Source: the human T2T-CHM13v2.0 reference genome, Homo sapiens. Taken from it: DNA of 64,000 bases. This document shows, in pieces, positions 22,989 to 44,054 of the stretch. Every line of letters starts with the position of its first letter. Within the stretch, counting starts at the first letter, position 1. The stretch is taken from assembly GCF_009914755.1 (NCBI RefSeq), contig NC_060925.1; one strand, written 5' to 3'. The translations under genes and the position numbers were made by a program. Below the pieces are notes generated by a model. It saw only the letters and a program-made list of their open reading frames with translations. It ran no database searches and had not been told where the DNA came from.

Positions 22989-25900
22989 ATTGGAATGTGG
23001 TTCTAGTTCCAGAGGAAGACACAGCTTAGTAGCTTAAGCAGTTATGCATATCAGGATACTGTGAGCAACATGGTGTCCCTTAAGCTTCTAGGCTTTCAGA
23101 ACACAACTTAAACTTGAACTCTTATGGTTGGGACATTCTTTTCCTGCTTCTCCTGATTGAACTGATGCACAGAATCTTTTTACTTTGCAATAGATTTGTA
23201 CTAACCAGACCTGTTCTATCATGTTTTGAGGAGTTAACTTTTTTCTGTGCAGATAATGTTGAAAGTAAGTTAATTTGTTTCTGCATATATGCACATACAT
23301 ACGTAAGGATCTTAAACCCAGTCTTGACAGACTAGAAGTTAAGTTTAATACAGAAAATGTCCTGTTCACTTGAAAGAAAAGACCTACTTTTTAAATGGAC
23401 ACTATCTTGGTTCTTTTTTTTTTAAGTCATCTTTTTGTTATAAGTGACCTTTGTCTGGAATGTCTGAAAAGTAGTTAATGCTTTTTGGTATTGAAGTAAT
23501 GGGTAACTAAAATGGACTTCCATAGTATTGACTGTAGAAGGAGCCTCTACAATATTGACTATATATTTTTATAAACTACTGGCAAGGAACTTACCCAGCT
23601 GTTATACATGTTTTCAGTTCTCTTTGGGGGCCATGTCCTACATTTGCATGGATGGATGCATGCATTGCCTAGTCAACTCACTTAAAAAGCTCTTGCACTG
23701 GTATTGATCTTGAACCTCTATACTTCTCCACTTTTTAGAGCGGCGTCTTAGTTTATTTAAACGCTTAACATCTTCCACCGCAACAGCTTGCCTCTAGAGG
23801 GGGAATTGTTCATCCATTTGTCCTCCAGTTTTATAGGAACAAGAGACTATTAAAGCCCATTGCTTTATCTGCTCTCTGTAGGGTTCAGGTACACTGGCTA
23901 AGGCAGAACCCCAAATTTCAAGGCTCTTTCTATCAATATTGGACCTCTGGGAGCTAATACTCCTCTTTGCTCACCACCATGTGATCATTGATCAGATGTG
24001 GTGAGTGAGTAGGGGACTCGACTTGCGGGATGCAGTTTTGCCATTGCAGCAAAGTTCATTGAGGAAAATTGTACCATGAAAAAGCATTTTGATTATTTCA
24101 TTTCTGGAGGATGACCTTGAGGGAAGCTTTTTAATATTAGTTTCAAGCTTTCCTTACCCTACAACTTTAAACAAAAGCTTTAATTTTGTTTGCACTCCTA
24201 TTTTGAGCTTGTAACTGGAAAAGCATGTCTTGCACTGTTCAACCTCCTGAGTGGTCGCTTTAACAACCTCCAAATTGTGTACAGTGGTTATTTTCCCCAG
24301 TTGTATAGTTTTGAGACATTCAATTATCACTGTCTTAGTTGTATTTTAATTTACTAAATTATGTAGCTATTTGACTGTTAAGTTCTTTTAAACAACTGTT
24401 TCCTTGGGCTTCAGTTATTTAAAGTAAATTTAGGTGTAATATAGAAAACTGTCCCTTTCCAGGTGGGAGCTTAACACCTGTATAAAACCTAAGGTTTTAG
24501 TAAGTACCTTAGTTGAATAAAAGCACAAGGTTATCACCTTTTTTATCCGTCCACCGTGACATGGTTATGCATCCTTTAGATTAACCTCACCAAATGAAGC
24601 TTTTTCTATCCATTTTTAATATTGTCCTTACATAATATTGTCCTTAGATTTTGATCAATTCTATGTCTGACTTTGAAATTCCATTTACAATGTAGTATGT
24701 TTTCAATGAAAAACCATAAAGTAACATCCAAGTGTTTCATGGTTTGTTGGGAAGGTAATTTTAAAATAAAACAATTTCCAAAAAACATTTGTCAGCCAAG
24801 GTCATCCATAAAAGTCCCCGTCTGGAACTCATTTTCTCAGCACTTCTCATTTTTATAATCATAGTATTTAGCCATATTAGCATATCTTTAGAGGAGGCCT
24901 GGTGGAATACCCGGGGCCTCTACTAGTCTGTTTTTCCGGTCATAGGAAGACTTTTTTTTTTACGTATCAAAGTATGTGTTTACAGATTTACAGAGTGTGA
25001 TCCGTATGCATCAAAGGGATACAGCCCCAGACTGTTTCTTTAATGGTCATTCATGAACTATTAAAAATTTCCTGAATTTCTTTTTAAACTACATCTAGAT
25101 AGCCTAAACATCTATGTAGTCTTCCATTAGTTAACATGTGTATAGGGCTTTCATAATAAGTAGTCACACTGTTACAAGGTAAATTTTCTATTACAAAATC
25201 CAAATTTCTATTGCATACACTTATAATCATCTATTCATAAAGCTAATTCATTGTACTTGTTAATGCATGAATGTTCCATGCAGTAGGAGAATAAAGCACT
25301 ACAGTTCGGTTGTTCAAATCTTAAATCTTAGGCTATTTAGCTAAAACATGTTAGGATATTGCCTTCACCACTTGTTAGGACAGTTATTTGATAGCCATTA
25401 TGCTTACCTATGGATAGCATAATGGTATTTAAGGTTCAACAAACCGCAGATTATTATCATCAGCTAGAACTGACATATGTTACAAGAAAACTGTAAATTA
25501 ACCTCCTGAGAGAACCATTCTGCCCTGCATTTTAAGTCAGGTATTTAAATACTGCGTGTTGTTAATATTGCGTTGTCTTAGTGCAACATTTCTTAAAGTA
25601 TTCCCGTTATCTTCCTTGGCTGTTTTTCAGAGGAGACGTCTCCATGTTAATGGGTCCTTCCCACATAGAAATGTATTCTGGTACAGCGCTGCACACATGG
25701 ATAGCAATGTGAAAAGGCATGCCTAAGAGACAGAAACGGCTGACCTTACCCCACCCCAGCCGGATCCTCTGCTTATCTCCCACATGCACTTGGCTTAACT
25801 GGTTTTCACAGATTCTGAGGTTATAGAACCTGTTGTTTTTCAAACTCCTGTACAGAGCCTGGAAATAATGGAGCAAACGCAAATGTATTGAGAGTCATTA

Positions 25901-27290
25901 TACTTTAAAATAGTTTTAAAGACTATTGGGGTACCATCAGGTCAAAAGCCACTGATTTGGGAAGCAATTTTTTTGCAAAACACTTTTTTTGGAGTACTGA
26001 ACTTTACAGGGGCTTGCCTTAATCTCTATTTAGTAGTTTCAAGATGTATGCGCAATTATTCTACGTGTTAAAAATGTTAAAATATTCTATGTAGCCCCAA
26101 AGGTGGGTAAAACAGTATAAGTAATGCCTAAATTAATAAGCTAAAAGGTGTCACTACAGCTGGATTTTTGAGAGAAAATGGACATAAAACTAGGCTATGT
26201 GTAATAAAAATAATGGCACCTTAAGATTGCACTATTTTACGCATTATTTTATATGCCATTTCATAGCCTGCACTTTAATCTCCAAAGAAACGATGTATGA
26301 TGTCCCACTTGTTCCTTATTCTTAATAAACTTTTTCCTGAGACAGGGCACTTAATTCCATTTTACTGTACTGAATTAGTTTCTTGGAGGTAGATTCATTT
26401 CTTGAGTTCTCTGTTTCCTTAGCCATAATATTTTCTAGGATCCGGGAACTCCCTGTATTGTCTATTTCCAACATTATATAATTTTAATTTAATGTAATGT
26501 AAATCTCATACTTGGTGATCAGCACATTCTTATATCCTGCTCTAGCAATGAGTACCCATTTGTTACACTTACCAAACTCTCTAAAAACATATACTGTGAG
26601 TAAGATTTGAAGCCAGGAATAAAAGGCAGTCTGAAAGAAAACGTCCTATACGATGCAGTTGTTTGGAAATGGCTGATTTCTGATATGAAACCCAACTTGA
26701 TACACTGTTTGGTTCTTTGACTTGGGATCTATCTGAATTGCTTTCACTAGTACACAAAAGGTTAAGTTAAAACTACTTTAAACTTGTATAGCCTGCCATC
26801 TGAGGTGAATTATTTTCAAAAAATACTAAATCTATGAACTGAGACTAGCAATTAGTTGGCTGCTCCCTACCATGATTTTACTTTTAATAGCAATACAGTT
26901 ATATTGGTGATAAATATGACAGGCTTAAGTACTGCTGTCCTTTTGCATCTTCCTAAGCATCTTGGTTAAATTTCTGAAGTTTAAAAATTAGATCCAGATT
27001 TCTTCTGTTGTGTCTGAAGAGAACCATGACATTTAGAAGTATATTGGTAATCTATTAGGTCCATTGGCAAAGTATATTGGTCCATATTCAAACCTATTCC
27101 AAAAGGTTAGAAGTGTTTAAGATTCCTTTATTGTGGTACCATGTCTGTTTACCTATGCTTATGAGCAACAATAAATTACTAGTTTACCTTCTGGAATTTT
27201 AATTGTTATAACCGAATCAATTATTGGAAAGTGAAAAACACCTCCCGGTCACACAACAGGGTACGTAAATAAATGTGTTGTTACCAGTGC
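22989..27290 (+). other. FBXO28: FBXO28 long 3'UTR (~4.3 kb, no Alu)
   Basis: AT-rich, Alu-free tract after the stop, ending ~20 nt after AATAAA 27268-27273 with a U/GU-rich downstream element (cttgttttctttgtattt). Other AATAAA at 24516, 24765, 25290, 26203, 26324, 26618, 27170. End coordinate approximate. Confidence 0.85.
27268..27273 (+). terminator. Distal polyadenylation signal of FBXO28
   Basis: AATAAA followed by a U/GU-rich element, after which interspersed repeats resume. Confidence 0.75.
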
Positions 27291-27768
27291 TACTTGTTTT
27301 CTTTGTATTTCATGCACAAAAGAATATGGAGCTCTATTGCTAACATACCATATTGATAGCTACTGTCTTTTGGAGCACTGTACTATGTGTTTTACAGATG
27401 TTACAGTGGTCCTCACAGCTACCTTATAAAGTAGGTTTTACTCTACGTGGGGAAGTTGAACTCAGGCTAAGCAACATGTCCACAGTGTTATGCAAGTAAG
27501 TGGCGTAAGTGGGATTTGACCCATGAGCTCTGAAGTTTATAAACTTGCTACTACACTACACTGCATCCTAGAAACCTGAGAACAATGAGACTCTGAACTT
27601 AATATAAGCAAGACCATCCCACACATCCACTAGAAGCAGTCAATGCCCAAATCACTAATGCTAACAGTAGTATATAGAACTGAGATCAAGAAAAGGCTGG
27701 GCTAGGCCGGGCACGGTGGCTCACACCTGTAATCCTAGCACTTTGGGAGGCCGAGGCGGGGCAGATCA

Positions 27769-28087
<319 letters not shown>

Positions 28088-29006
28088 TTAAAAGGCTTCC
28101 AGAACCTGTAATCTTAAAATCAGAGAAGTCCTGGCAGTAGATGTGCGCTAAGGCTACTGACATGTCTAAAGTCACCTTCTGGCCGGGTGCGGTAGCTCAC
28201 ACCTGTTACTGCAGCATTTTGGGAGGCCAAGGCGGGTGGGTCATTTGAGGCCAGGAGTTTGAGACCAGCCTGGCCAATGTGGCAAAACCCCTCTCTATTA
28301 AAAATACAAAAATTAGCCAGGCATGGTGTCGCACACCTGTAGTCTCAGCTACTAGGGAGGCTGAGGCATGAGATTCGCTTGAGCTGGGGAAGTGGAGCTT
28401 ACAGCGAGCCGAGGTCACGCCACTGCACTCCAGCCTGGGCAACAGAGAAAGACTGTTTCAAAAAAGTCACCTTCCTGTATAATATATGCTGCTGGTCAGT
28501 AGAAAAGTAGCAACTACCAATTCTTTCACCCTGCGAGGGTGGGGTACTAGTTCTCTTTTCAAGACTACGTCCAGTTCCAAAACTAAATGGTTAGAATTTC
28601 AACAAAATAAAATTATATAAATCAGTTTAACCTGTTCCTTAAAGGTGTAACTGATAGGGAATTGCTGAAAACAATTCTCTGAAGAAGAGAAAACTTATCT
28701 AAGTTCTTTAACCCCAGCCTGTAGACAGCTTAAGATTTTCAGAAAAGAGATCACAGATAACTTTATACTGTGGGTGAGGGTGACAGCAGTGGTGTCAATT
28801 GTCCTAGCACCATTACTGCATTCTAGTCATCCAGATAGCCTAGAAAGATAAAGGTGGCTACTGTGTATCCCAGTCTTCAGAAGGTAGATGAGGGTGGAAA
28901 TTTGAATTTTCATATTCTCCAGGTGGCTCAATTGCTGTGTAATAGATTCACGTTATTAGAAACCAAGGATCTTCACCAGTATTCTTGCTTTTTTGCTTTT
29001 CTTTAA

Positions 29007-29480
<474 letters not shown>

Positions 29481-29968
29481 TAAATCGTACACAGAAGAAA
29501 TATGAGCAGTTGGGTGTTTGAGCAAAATGTACAACTGATAACTGGAAAGGAAATACAAATCAAAGATAAACTTCCCCTAATTCAATAAATTCTGTTCAAA
29601 GAGACGCAACTAAATAGCTTTCAACTTTCTCAGCTTTTGTGTTTTTAAACTCTTTTTTTCCTCTTGTCCTTTGGATTGTACAAAAGTCAAATTCAAATTA
29701 ACTGATTTGTTAGGAATCTGTGATGCAGCAATGTAAATAGCAAAACTGACTCCAGAATACAACACCTAAGATATACTTTCCTGTGATAAGACAAGGGGAA
29801 CATGCTTCCCTCCTCAAGGCCAAGCCAAAGAGAATTAGCTGGGGTGGGGTAAAGAAGAGAGGGCTAAACTGCTTGTTCTTTCTTTGGAGAGTTGGAGCAA
29901 GCTTACAAGAAAGTGCTCTTTAGATAAACAGTTTCTGTAACTCTACTGTAAGAGGACACTGCCTGTTA

Positions 29969-30114
29969 CAGTGTAGCCCATGGATCAACAGCCTCAATCA
30001 CCTAGGAGCTTCTGTGAAATGTAGAATCTCAGGCCCCATTCCAGAATCAAATCTGCATTTTAACAAGATCACCTGGTGATTAGTTTGCACATTAAAATTT
30101 GAGAAATGCCACTG
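29969..30114. mobile_element. MER5A (hAT-Charlie)
   Basis: ggagctt...aaatgtagaatctcaggcccc...aatctgcattttaacaagatc...ggtgattagtttgcacattaaaatttgagaa. Confidence 0.75.
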
Positions 30115-30149
30115 TAAGGCACATTTGTCATTTTGAATCTAAATGCTAA

Positions 30150-30552
<403 letters not shown>

Positions 30553-31083
30553 TAGCCAGGATGGTCTTGATCTCCTGACCTCGTGTTCCGCCCGCCTCTG
30601 CCTCCCAAAGTGCTGGGATTACAGGCTTGAGCCACCGTGCCCGGCCAGGAAATTTATATTACAATTCCCACCAGTATCAATCCAGTCACTATCATTTGAG
30701 AATAAAGAAATTATTTTTAAAAATACACTTTGGGAGGCCAGGGTGGGAGGATCGCTTGCATCTAGGAGTTCACGACCAGCCTGGGCAACATACCAAGACT
30801 TCGTCTCTACCAAAAACAAAAATTTTAAATTTAAAAATTAAAAAAAAAAAAATTAGCCAGGCTTGGTGGCATACACCTGTAGTCCCAACTACTTGGGAGG
30901 CTGAGAAAGGAGGATCGCTTGAGCCCAGGAGGTCAAGGCTGCAGCGAGCTGCCACTGCACTCAGCCTGAGTGACAGTAAGACCCTGTCTCAAAAAATAAT
31001 AATAAAATATCCATCAATAGGAGACAGGGTTCATAAATTGGGATATATCCTTACAATAGAATACTAGGCACCAGTAAAAATAA

Positions 31084-31587
<504 letters not shown>

Positions 31588-31594
31588 CTACTCA

Positions 31595-31699
<105 letters not shown>

Positions 31700-31811
31700 C
31701 TAAAAGAAAAAAATATATATGTATTTCCAAGACTGCTAAGGGAAATAACAAAATACAGAACAATATTACAGTATACTAACTTTTGTGAAAAATAAAGAGG
31801 GAAATAATATA

Positions 31812-32147
31812 GAGTCATGCTGAATAACCACATTTCAGTCAACAAGCAGCAGCATATTTTATGACAGTCCCATAAGATTATACTACCATATTTTTACTGC
31901 TTCTTTTCTATGTTTATGTGTTTAGATACACAAATACCACTGTGCTACAAGTGCCTACAGTATTCAGAACAGTAACATGCCATACAGTTTTGTAGTCTAG
32001 CATCAATAGGCTGTACCATATAGCCTAGGTGTATATAGTAGGCTAAACCATCTAGGTTTGTGTAAGTAAACTCTATTATATTCATACAACAAAATCACTT
32101 GATGCATTTCTGAGAGCACATCCCCATCTTTAAGCAGTTCATGACTG
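31812..32147 (-). mobile_element. Tigger3a/MER7A, apparently complete
   Basis: Terminal inverted repeats agtcatgc ... catgactg flanked by TA; reverse complement resembles the 6718 element. Confidence 0.78.
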
Positions 32148-32623
32148 TACTGCTAAGTAGTGGCATGCATATGCATAAAGAAACTCTAGGCCGGGCACGG
32201 TGGCTCATGCCTGTAATCCCAGCACTTTGGGAGGCTGAGGGGGGCAGATCACTTGAGGTCAGGAGTTTGAGACCAGCCTGGCCAACATGGCGAAATCCCA
32301 CCTCTACTAAAAATACAAAAATTAGGCAGGCATGGTGGTCTGTGCCTGTAGTCCCAGATACTCAGGAGGCTGAGGCAGGAGGATCACTTGAATCTGGGAG
32401 TCAGAGGTTGCAGTGAGCTGAGATTACACCACTGCACTCCAGGCTGGGAGAAAGAGTGAGATTCCATGTCAAAAAAAAAGAAAGAAAGAAAAGAAAAAAA
32501 AATTCTAGAAAAATGCACAGGGAATCAATAACAGTGGTTATATTTTGGGGTTTGACAACATAACAACAGGAACAGGAGCTGGGAGGAGCTTATCACTAGA
32601 CACCTGTATGTTTTTCTATTTTT

Positions 32624-32911
32624 TTTTTTGAGACGGAGTCTCGCGCTGTCGCCCAGGCTGGAGTGCAGTGGCGCGATCTCGGCTCACTGCAAGCTCCGCC
32701 CCTCGGGGTTCACGCCATTCTCCTGCCTCAGCCTCCCGAGTAGCTGGGACTACAGGCGCCCGCCGCTACACCCGGCTAATTTTTTGTATTTTTAGTAGAG
32801 ACACGGTTTTACCATGTTAGCCAGGATGGTCGCGATCTCCTGACCACGTGATCCGCCTGCCTCGGCCTCCCAAAGTGCTGGGATTACAGGTGTGAGCCAC
32901 CGCGCCCGGCC
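32624..32911 (-). mobile_element. Young, CpG-rich AluY with 16-bp TSD
   Basis: AluY diagnostics (gcaagctccgcc, ttcacgccattctcc, ttagccaggatgg); TSD atgtttttctattttt at 32608-32623 and 32912-32927. Confidence 0.9.
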
Positions 32912-32962
32912 ATGTTTTTCTATTTTTAAACCATGGAAGTGTATTCAACAATTAAACCAGCT

Positions 32963-33978
<1,016 letters not shown>

Positions 33979-34711
33979 TAGGCGTGAGCTACTGTGCCTG
34001 GCCAGACTGTTTTCTTAAAAACCAAAAGCCTGGGAAGAAAAACAAAATATCTTGCAAATGTATTCTCAATCCCAGTCAATCCCCTGCAAAACTCAGACTC
34101 TGGAAGAATGAAAGCTATGCGCTCTTTTCTCCACTCATTCATATTGTTGGCTTCACACAGATAGAAAAAGCTACTTCATCCTGCAGAACTGCTCTATCAG
34201 TTCATGGTGTTTTCCTGGATCCTGGACCCCTGCCTTCCCCACCATGAGTCACCTCTGGATCGAGTCCATCTTCTATTTGGGATTTGGAACCAGACAACCT
34301 TTGTCCCTTTTTAGCCTCTGCTGCACTCTAAGCTGTGTGATCTAAGACACGTCACTCACATTCTGGAAGTATTCGCTTCCTCATACATGAAATGGGGGAA
34401 ATTTCTCTAACCATAAGCCTGCGGTTTTGATTTCAGTGCTCACTAGTTCAAGACTTTTCTTCTTGCCTATGCCCCTTCACCCTCTTCCTTTGTCAATTTC
34501 CTTTTTCATAAGCTGTGGCTGCTGGTGAGTAAAATAGTCATCTGAGTACAACTGCTTTTGCATGAGCTAGACTTGGAAGGGTGCAAATGGAAGCAGATTC
34601 ATTTCTTCTCAGTAACTGCTCTTTTAGACTGTCCTGTTGCATTGTTCTGCCCTGATCCCAGAAGGAATCTCAGGCAGATCCCAGAGCCTTGTAGACTCTC
34701 CTGGTCACTAA

Positions 34712-35153
<442 letters not shown>

Positions 35154-36096
35154 TGAGTTGGGCTTCTCCTTTTCAGTGGAGAAGGGCAGGAAGGAGGATG
35201 TCTTCCATTTCTTCTCTTTGCTTTTCCTCCTCCCCCTCCTGCAAGACTCTCTGCTGTCTAACTCAGTGGGGAGGAGAGACAGAATAAAGAAAAAAAATCT
35301 GCATTACTGGTATGGTTGGAATCTGTCATGTGTGTCTCTTGGTTGAGGCAGAGATCACACTTTGGGGCTGTTTTCCCCAAGGCATTTTCCACTGTTGTTG
35401 TTGCTTTCTTTTTCTTTTTTTAAGAGATAAGGTCTTGCCCTATCACTCACTACAGTCTTGAACTCCTGAGCTCAAGTGATCCTCCTGCCTCAGCTTACTG
35501 AGTAGCTGGGACTACCATGCCTGGCTAATTATTTTTATTTTTGATAGATGCAGAGTCTTGCTACATTGCCCAGGCTGGCCTCAAACTCCTGGCCACAAGC
35601 GATCTTCCTGTCTTAGCCTCCCAAAGTGCTGGAATTACAGGCATAAGCCACTGCTGTCAGCCCTCCATTGGTTTTTAAATAATCTCCTCACGGGTTACCT
35701 TCACCATGAATTTTTCTTCCAAGTTACCATACAGCTGACTCATAGGAACCCCTCCTTAGCCCTAGGTATCTGGTGGTAAATGTTCTTTCAAAAAGAAGCA
35801 TTAGGATGCATGACCTATGAGGCCATAGACAGCAACCAAATCTAGCCCTTGTCAAACGGTTACACATCTGGTCCACCTATACCTGATCAACCTGGCAGAA
35901 AAGCTACTATCAGCAGAGACCCTCTGTCCATACTCAGTGACCACGGACAGCTTCTGATTTCCCCTCACCTTTAGGCATGCTCAAGTCCAAGTCAGGTACC
36001 AGTCCCTGTGTCTCTCCAAACACAAAAGTCAAGTTGGAGGAATGGTTCTGAGAAACTCTTCACTTGGCTGTAATTAACAAAGCAACAGTTCCTTCT

Positions 36097-36112
36097 GCCA
36101 CCAGAGGGTGTG
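36097..36112 (+). promoter_or_regulatory. Candidate CTCF site
   Basis: GCCACCAGAGGGTG matches CCASYAGRKGGCR apart from one C>T; preceded by aacagttcc, resembling the CTCF upstream module. Confidence 0.4.
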
Positions 36113-36190
36113 CAGCAAGGATGGGCAGCACAACCTGCTACCAACTCTCTCTAAAGAAATTCTTTTCTCTTTTTTTTTTTTTTTTTTTGA

Positions 36191-36295
<105 letters not shown>

Positions 36296-36477
36296 TGAGT
36301 AGCCGGGACTATGGGTGCGCACCACTGCGCCTGGCAAATTTTTGTATTTTTTTTAAAGACAGGGTTTCACCATGTTGGTCAGGCTGGTCTCAAACTCCTG
36401 ACCTCATGATCCGCCCTCCTCAGCCTCCCAAAGTGCTGGGATTACAGGCATGAGGCACCACACTCAGACCCCTTGCC

Positions 36478-37450
<973 letters not shown>

Positions 37451-37562
37451 GTCTCTAACTTTTATAGTTTGATCATAACAATCCCCTTTTCATCAGGTTT
37501 TCATGGAGCGTAGGAGGGGTAATTCTTTGACTTAAAAATATAATTTGAAGAAAATGACTGCT

Positions 37563-37832
37563 TAGGAGAGAGAGACAGAGAGAAAGAAAGTGAGAGAGAG
37601 AAAGAGAGAGAGAGAGAAAAGAGAGAGAAAGAAAAGAAAGAATAAGAAAGAAAGGAAGGAAGGAAAGAAAAAAAAGAAGGAAGGAAGGAAGAAAGGTGGG
37701 AAGGAGGACGGAAGGAAGGAAGGAGGGAAGGAAGAAGTAAGGAAGGAAGGAGGGAGGGAGGGAAGGAAGGAAGGAAAAGGAGGAATGAAGGAAGGAGGAA
37801 AGTAGAGAGGGAAGAAGGGAGGGAAAAAGAAA
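37563..37832 (+). repeat. ~270-nt polypurine low-complexity tract (GA, GAAA, GGAA, GGGA units)
   Basis: Almost exclusively A/G on the + strand. Confidence 0.95.
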
Positions 37833-38534
37833 GCTATGAAAGCCATTGACCACAGGTCGGGATGGGAATGGGGATAATTCATCAATTTTTCTACGCTGAC
37901 ATAACTCCCGAGAGTTCTGACTATTCATTGGCTTTAACAGATTTGCCAAGAGGACAAATCTCAGCTTAATTAGCAAAGGATAAAATCATGAAATTAGTGG
38001 ATTCCCTAATCTGGGCATGCCACATAGATGAATATGATTGCAAGGGCAGGTTTGGAAAAGGGAATGATGCCTGAATATACTGGAATTCCCAAATATTTTG
38101 GACCTCAAAGTTTGGGCTTTTAAGGAACTACCATTTAAATCTGCAGTTTGCTGTAAAGATGGTTAACAGAGTTCTGGGCCAGGCACGGTGGCTCATGCCT
38201 GTAATCCCAGCACTTTGGGAGGCTGAGGCGGGCGGATCACCCAAGGTCAGGAATTTGAGACAGCCTGGCCAACGTGGTGAAAACCCGTCTCTACTAAAAA
38301 TACAAAAATTAGCCAGGCGTGGTGGCATGTGCCTGTAATCCCAGCTACTCGGGAGGCTGAGGCCAGAGAATTGCTTGAACCTGGGAGGCAGAGGTTGCAG
38401 TGAGCCACTGCTCTCCAGCCTGGCCAACAAGAGCAGAAACTCTGTATCAAAAAAAATAGTTCATTGTGCAGAATTTAACATATTTGTCAAATAATAGGCT
38501 GACCAGCCATGGAGAGAAGCTCCTATTATAGTCA

Positions 38535-38855
<321 letters not shown>

Positions 38856-39159
38856 TTATAGTGCATTTGAAGTGCATTCAAAAACTATGAGAACACGATT
38901 TTAGCTGTGAGCTTGTAAAAACAAAAACAAACAAAACTTATGAGAACACTTGTACCTCCCTAGCCTGAGGGGCATGATGTATAGCCTCTTTCAGGACTGT
39001 TGGTACATGTCCCTTTGAATATTCACTGTGGAGAATCTTTTTTAGCAAGCGTAGCTAAATTGTATCTGCTCCTCTAAACATTTGCCAGAAGAAGAAATAG
39101 TTTATTTTCAGGTTCAGGCTCTACACATTCTCTTTCTTTTCTTTTCTTTTTTTTTTTGA

Positions 39160-39357
<198 letters not shown>

Positions 39358-39422
39358 TGAACACCTGACCTCAGGTGATCCACCTGTCTCCACCTCCCAA
39401 AGTGCTGGGATTACAGGTGTGA

Positions 39423-39669
<247 letters not shown>

Positions 39670-39985
39670 TAGCCATGTTGGCCAGGCTGGTTTTGAACCC
39701 CTGCCCTCAAGTGATCAGCTCACGTTGGCCTCCCAAAGTGTCAGGATTACAGGCATGAGCCACCACACCTGGCTTCTACACATTTTATGAGCAATAAATA
39801 ATGTTGATAATCTCTCAGTTTTCTTCTTTCTTCCTGTCTCTCCCTCCCCAGTGGTCCTGCAGCAGTTCTAATCCCATTCCCATCACCAGTTGATCAGAGA
39901 CCTAGTATTTTTAGGAAAGTAGCAGCCTTTATTTATTTTTTATATTTATATTTATATTTTTACTTATTTATTTATTTATTTTTGA

Positions 39986-40144
<159 letters not shown>

Positions 40145-40185
40145 TAGTAGATCTGGGGTTTCTCCATGTTGGTCATTTTTAGTAA

Positions 40186-41153
<968 letters not shown>

Positions 41154-41166
41154 TGGTTACATTTCT

Positions 41167-41198
41167 TGATCATGGTATCTCCCCAGCTAGGTAAGTAT
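41167..41198 (-). pseudogene. 3'-truncated, tailless U1 snRNA retro-fragment (U1 nt 1-32)
   Basis: Reverse complement ATACTTACCTAGCTGGGGAGATACCATGATCA versus U1 ATACTTACCTGGCAGGGGAGATACCATGATCA (2 mismatches); 19-bp TSD ctctttg(a/g)ttacatttctt at 41199-41217 and 40373-40391. Confidence 0.92.
41172..41190 (+). CDS. Predicted coding part (MVSPQL + G) of a candidate alternative DEGS1 first exon
   Basis: gatcATGG (A at -3, G at +4); 19 nt = phase 1, same as DEGS1 exon 1; donor TAG|GTAAGTAT at 41190/41191. Usage is inferred, not shown by the sequence. Confidence 0.5.
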
Positions 41199-41217
41199 CT
41201 CTTTGATTACATTTCTT

Positions 41218-41709
<492 letters not shown>

Positions 41710-41991
41710 TATTACATTTCTTAACTGGCTGTTGCTGGTGTATAAAAATACAAAACATTGGCTGGGCACGGTGGCTCATGTCTGTATTCCTAGCACTTTG
41801 GGAGGCCAAGACAGGCAGATCACTTCAGGTCAGGAGTTTAAGACCAGCCTGGCCAACAGGACAAAACCCTGTCTCTACTAAAAATACCAAAATTAGGCCG
41901 GTTGTGGTGGCTCACACCTGTAATCCCAGCACTTTGGGAGGCCGAGGCAGGAGGATCACCTGAGGTCAGGAGTTCGAGACCAGCCCGGTCA

Positions 41992-42545
<554 letters not shown>

Positions 42546-42713
42546 ATATATACATTAAAATAAAAAATATTTTTGTACATTAAGGTTTTTTGTTTATTTG
42601 TTTTTAAGATGGAGTCTCACTCTGTTGCCCAGGCTGGCGTGCATTGGCATAATCTTTGCTCATTGCAACCTCAACCTCTCGTGTTCAGGAGATTCTCTGC
42701 CTCAGCCTCCTGA

Positions 42714-42899
<186 letters not shown>

Positions 42900-43205
42900 T
42901 GATGTGTATGCAATAGATTAGCACTCTTTAAGGGAAGTGTCTAACCTGATGGGCCTGAGGACAAACACACAGAATCCTGTACATCCCTTCATGGACGAGG
43001 CAATCAGCTGAGAGAGATCATCCCTCCACAGGAGTGAGACCCAGAAGCCCAGAGAAGGCTATGGACTGGGAGAAACCTGCAGGGTCCGAGGGAAGACAGG
43101 TCTGGTGTATAGATCCCGAGACTGGAGGTCACTGTGGTACTAAAGATAACAGGAGTAAATGGCAGCACATCATGCCCCCAAACTGGCCAGGACTAGCTAC
43201 ACTGA

Positions 43206-43639
<434 letters not shown>

Positions 43640-43847
43640 TAATTAGTTGTCAATATATATTTTTCTTACTTAAAATGTATTATTTAAATATAAAATTAGC
43701 ACATGTAAATTTATAGTTAAAACATTCATGAATTTGGGCCAGGCGCTGTAGCTCATGCCTGTAATCCCAGCACTTTGGGAGGCTGAGGCAGGTGGATCAC
43801 CTGAGGTCAGGAGTTTCGAGACCAGCCTGACCAATATGGTGAAACTA

Positions 43848-44054
<207 letters not shown>

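Noticed and set aside
37473-37976. Phe/Leu/Ser-rich and Lys/Glu/Arg-rich ORFs; possible EWS-FLI1 GGAA enhancer
   Set aside because: ORFs are translations of the purine tract; uninterrupted GGAA runs are only about 3 units, too short for a strong GGAA microsatellite.
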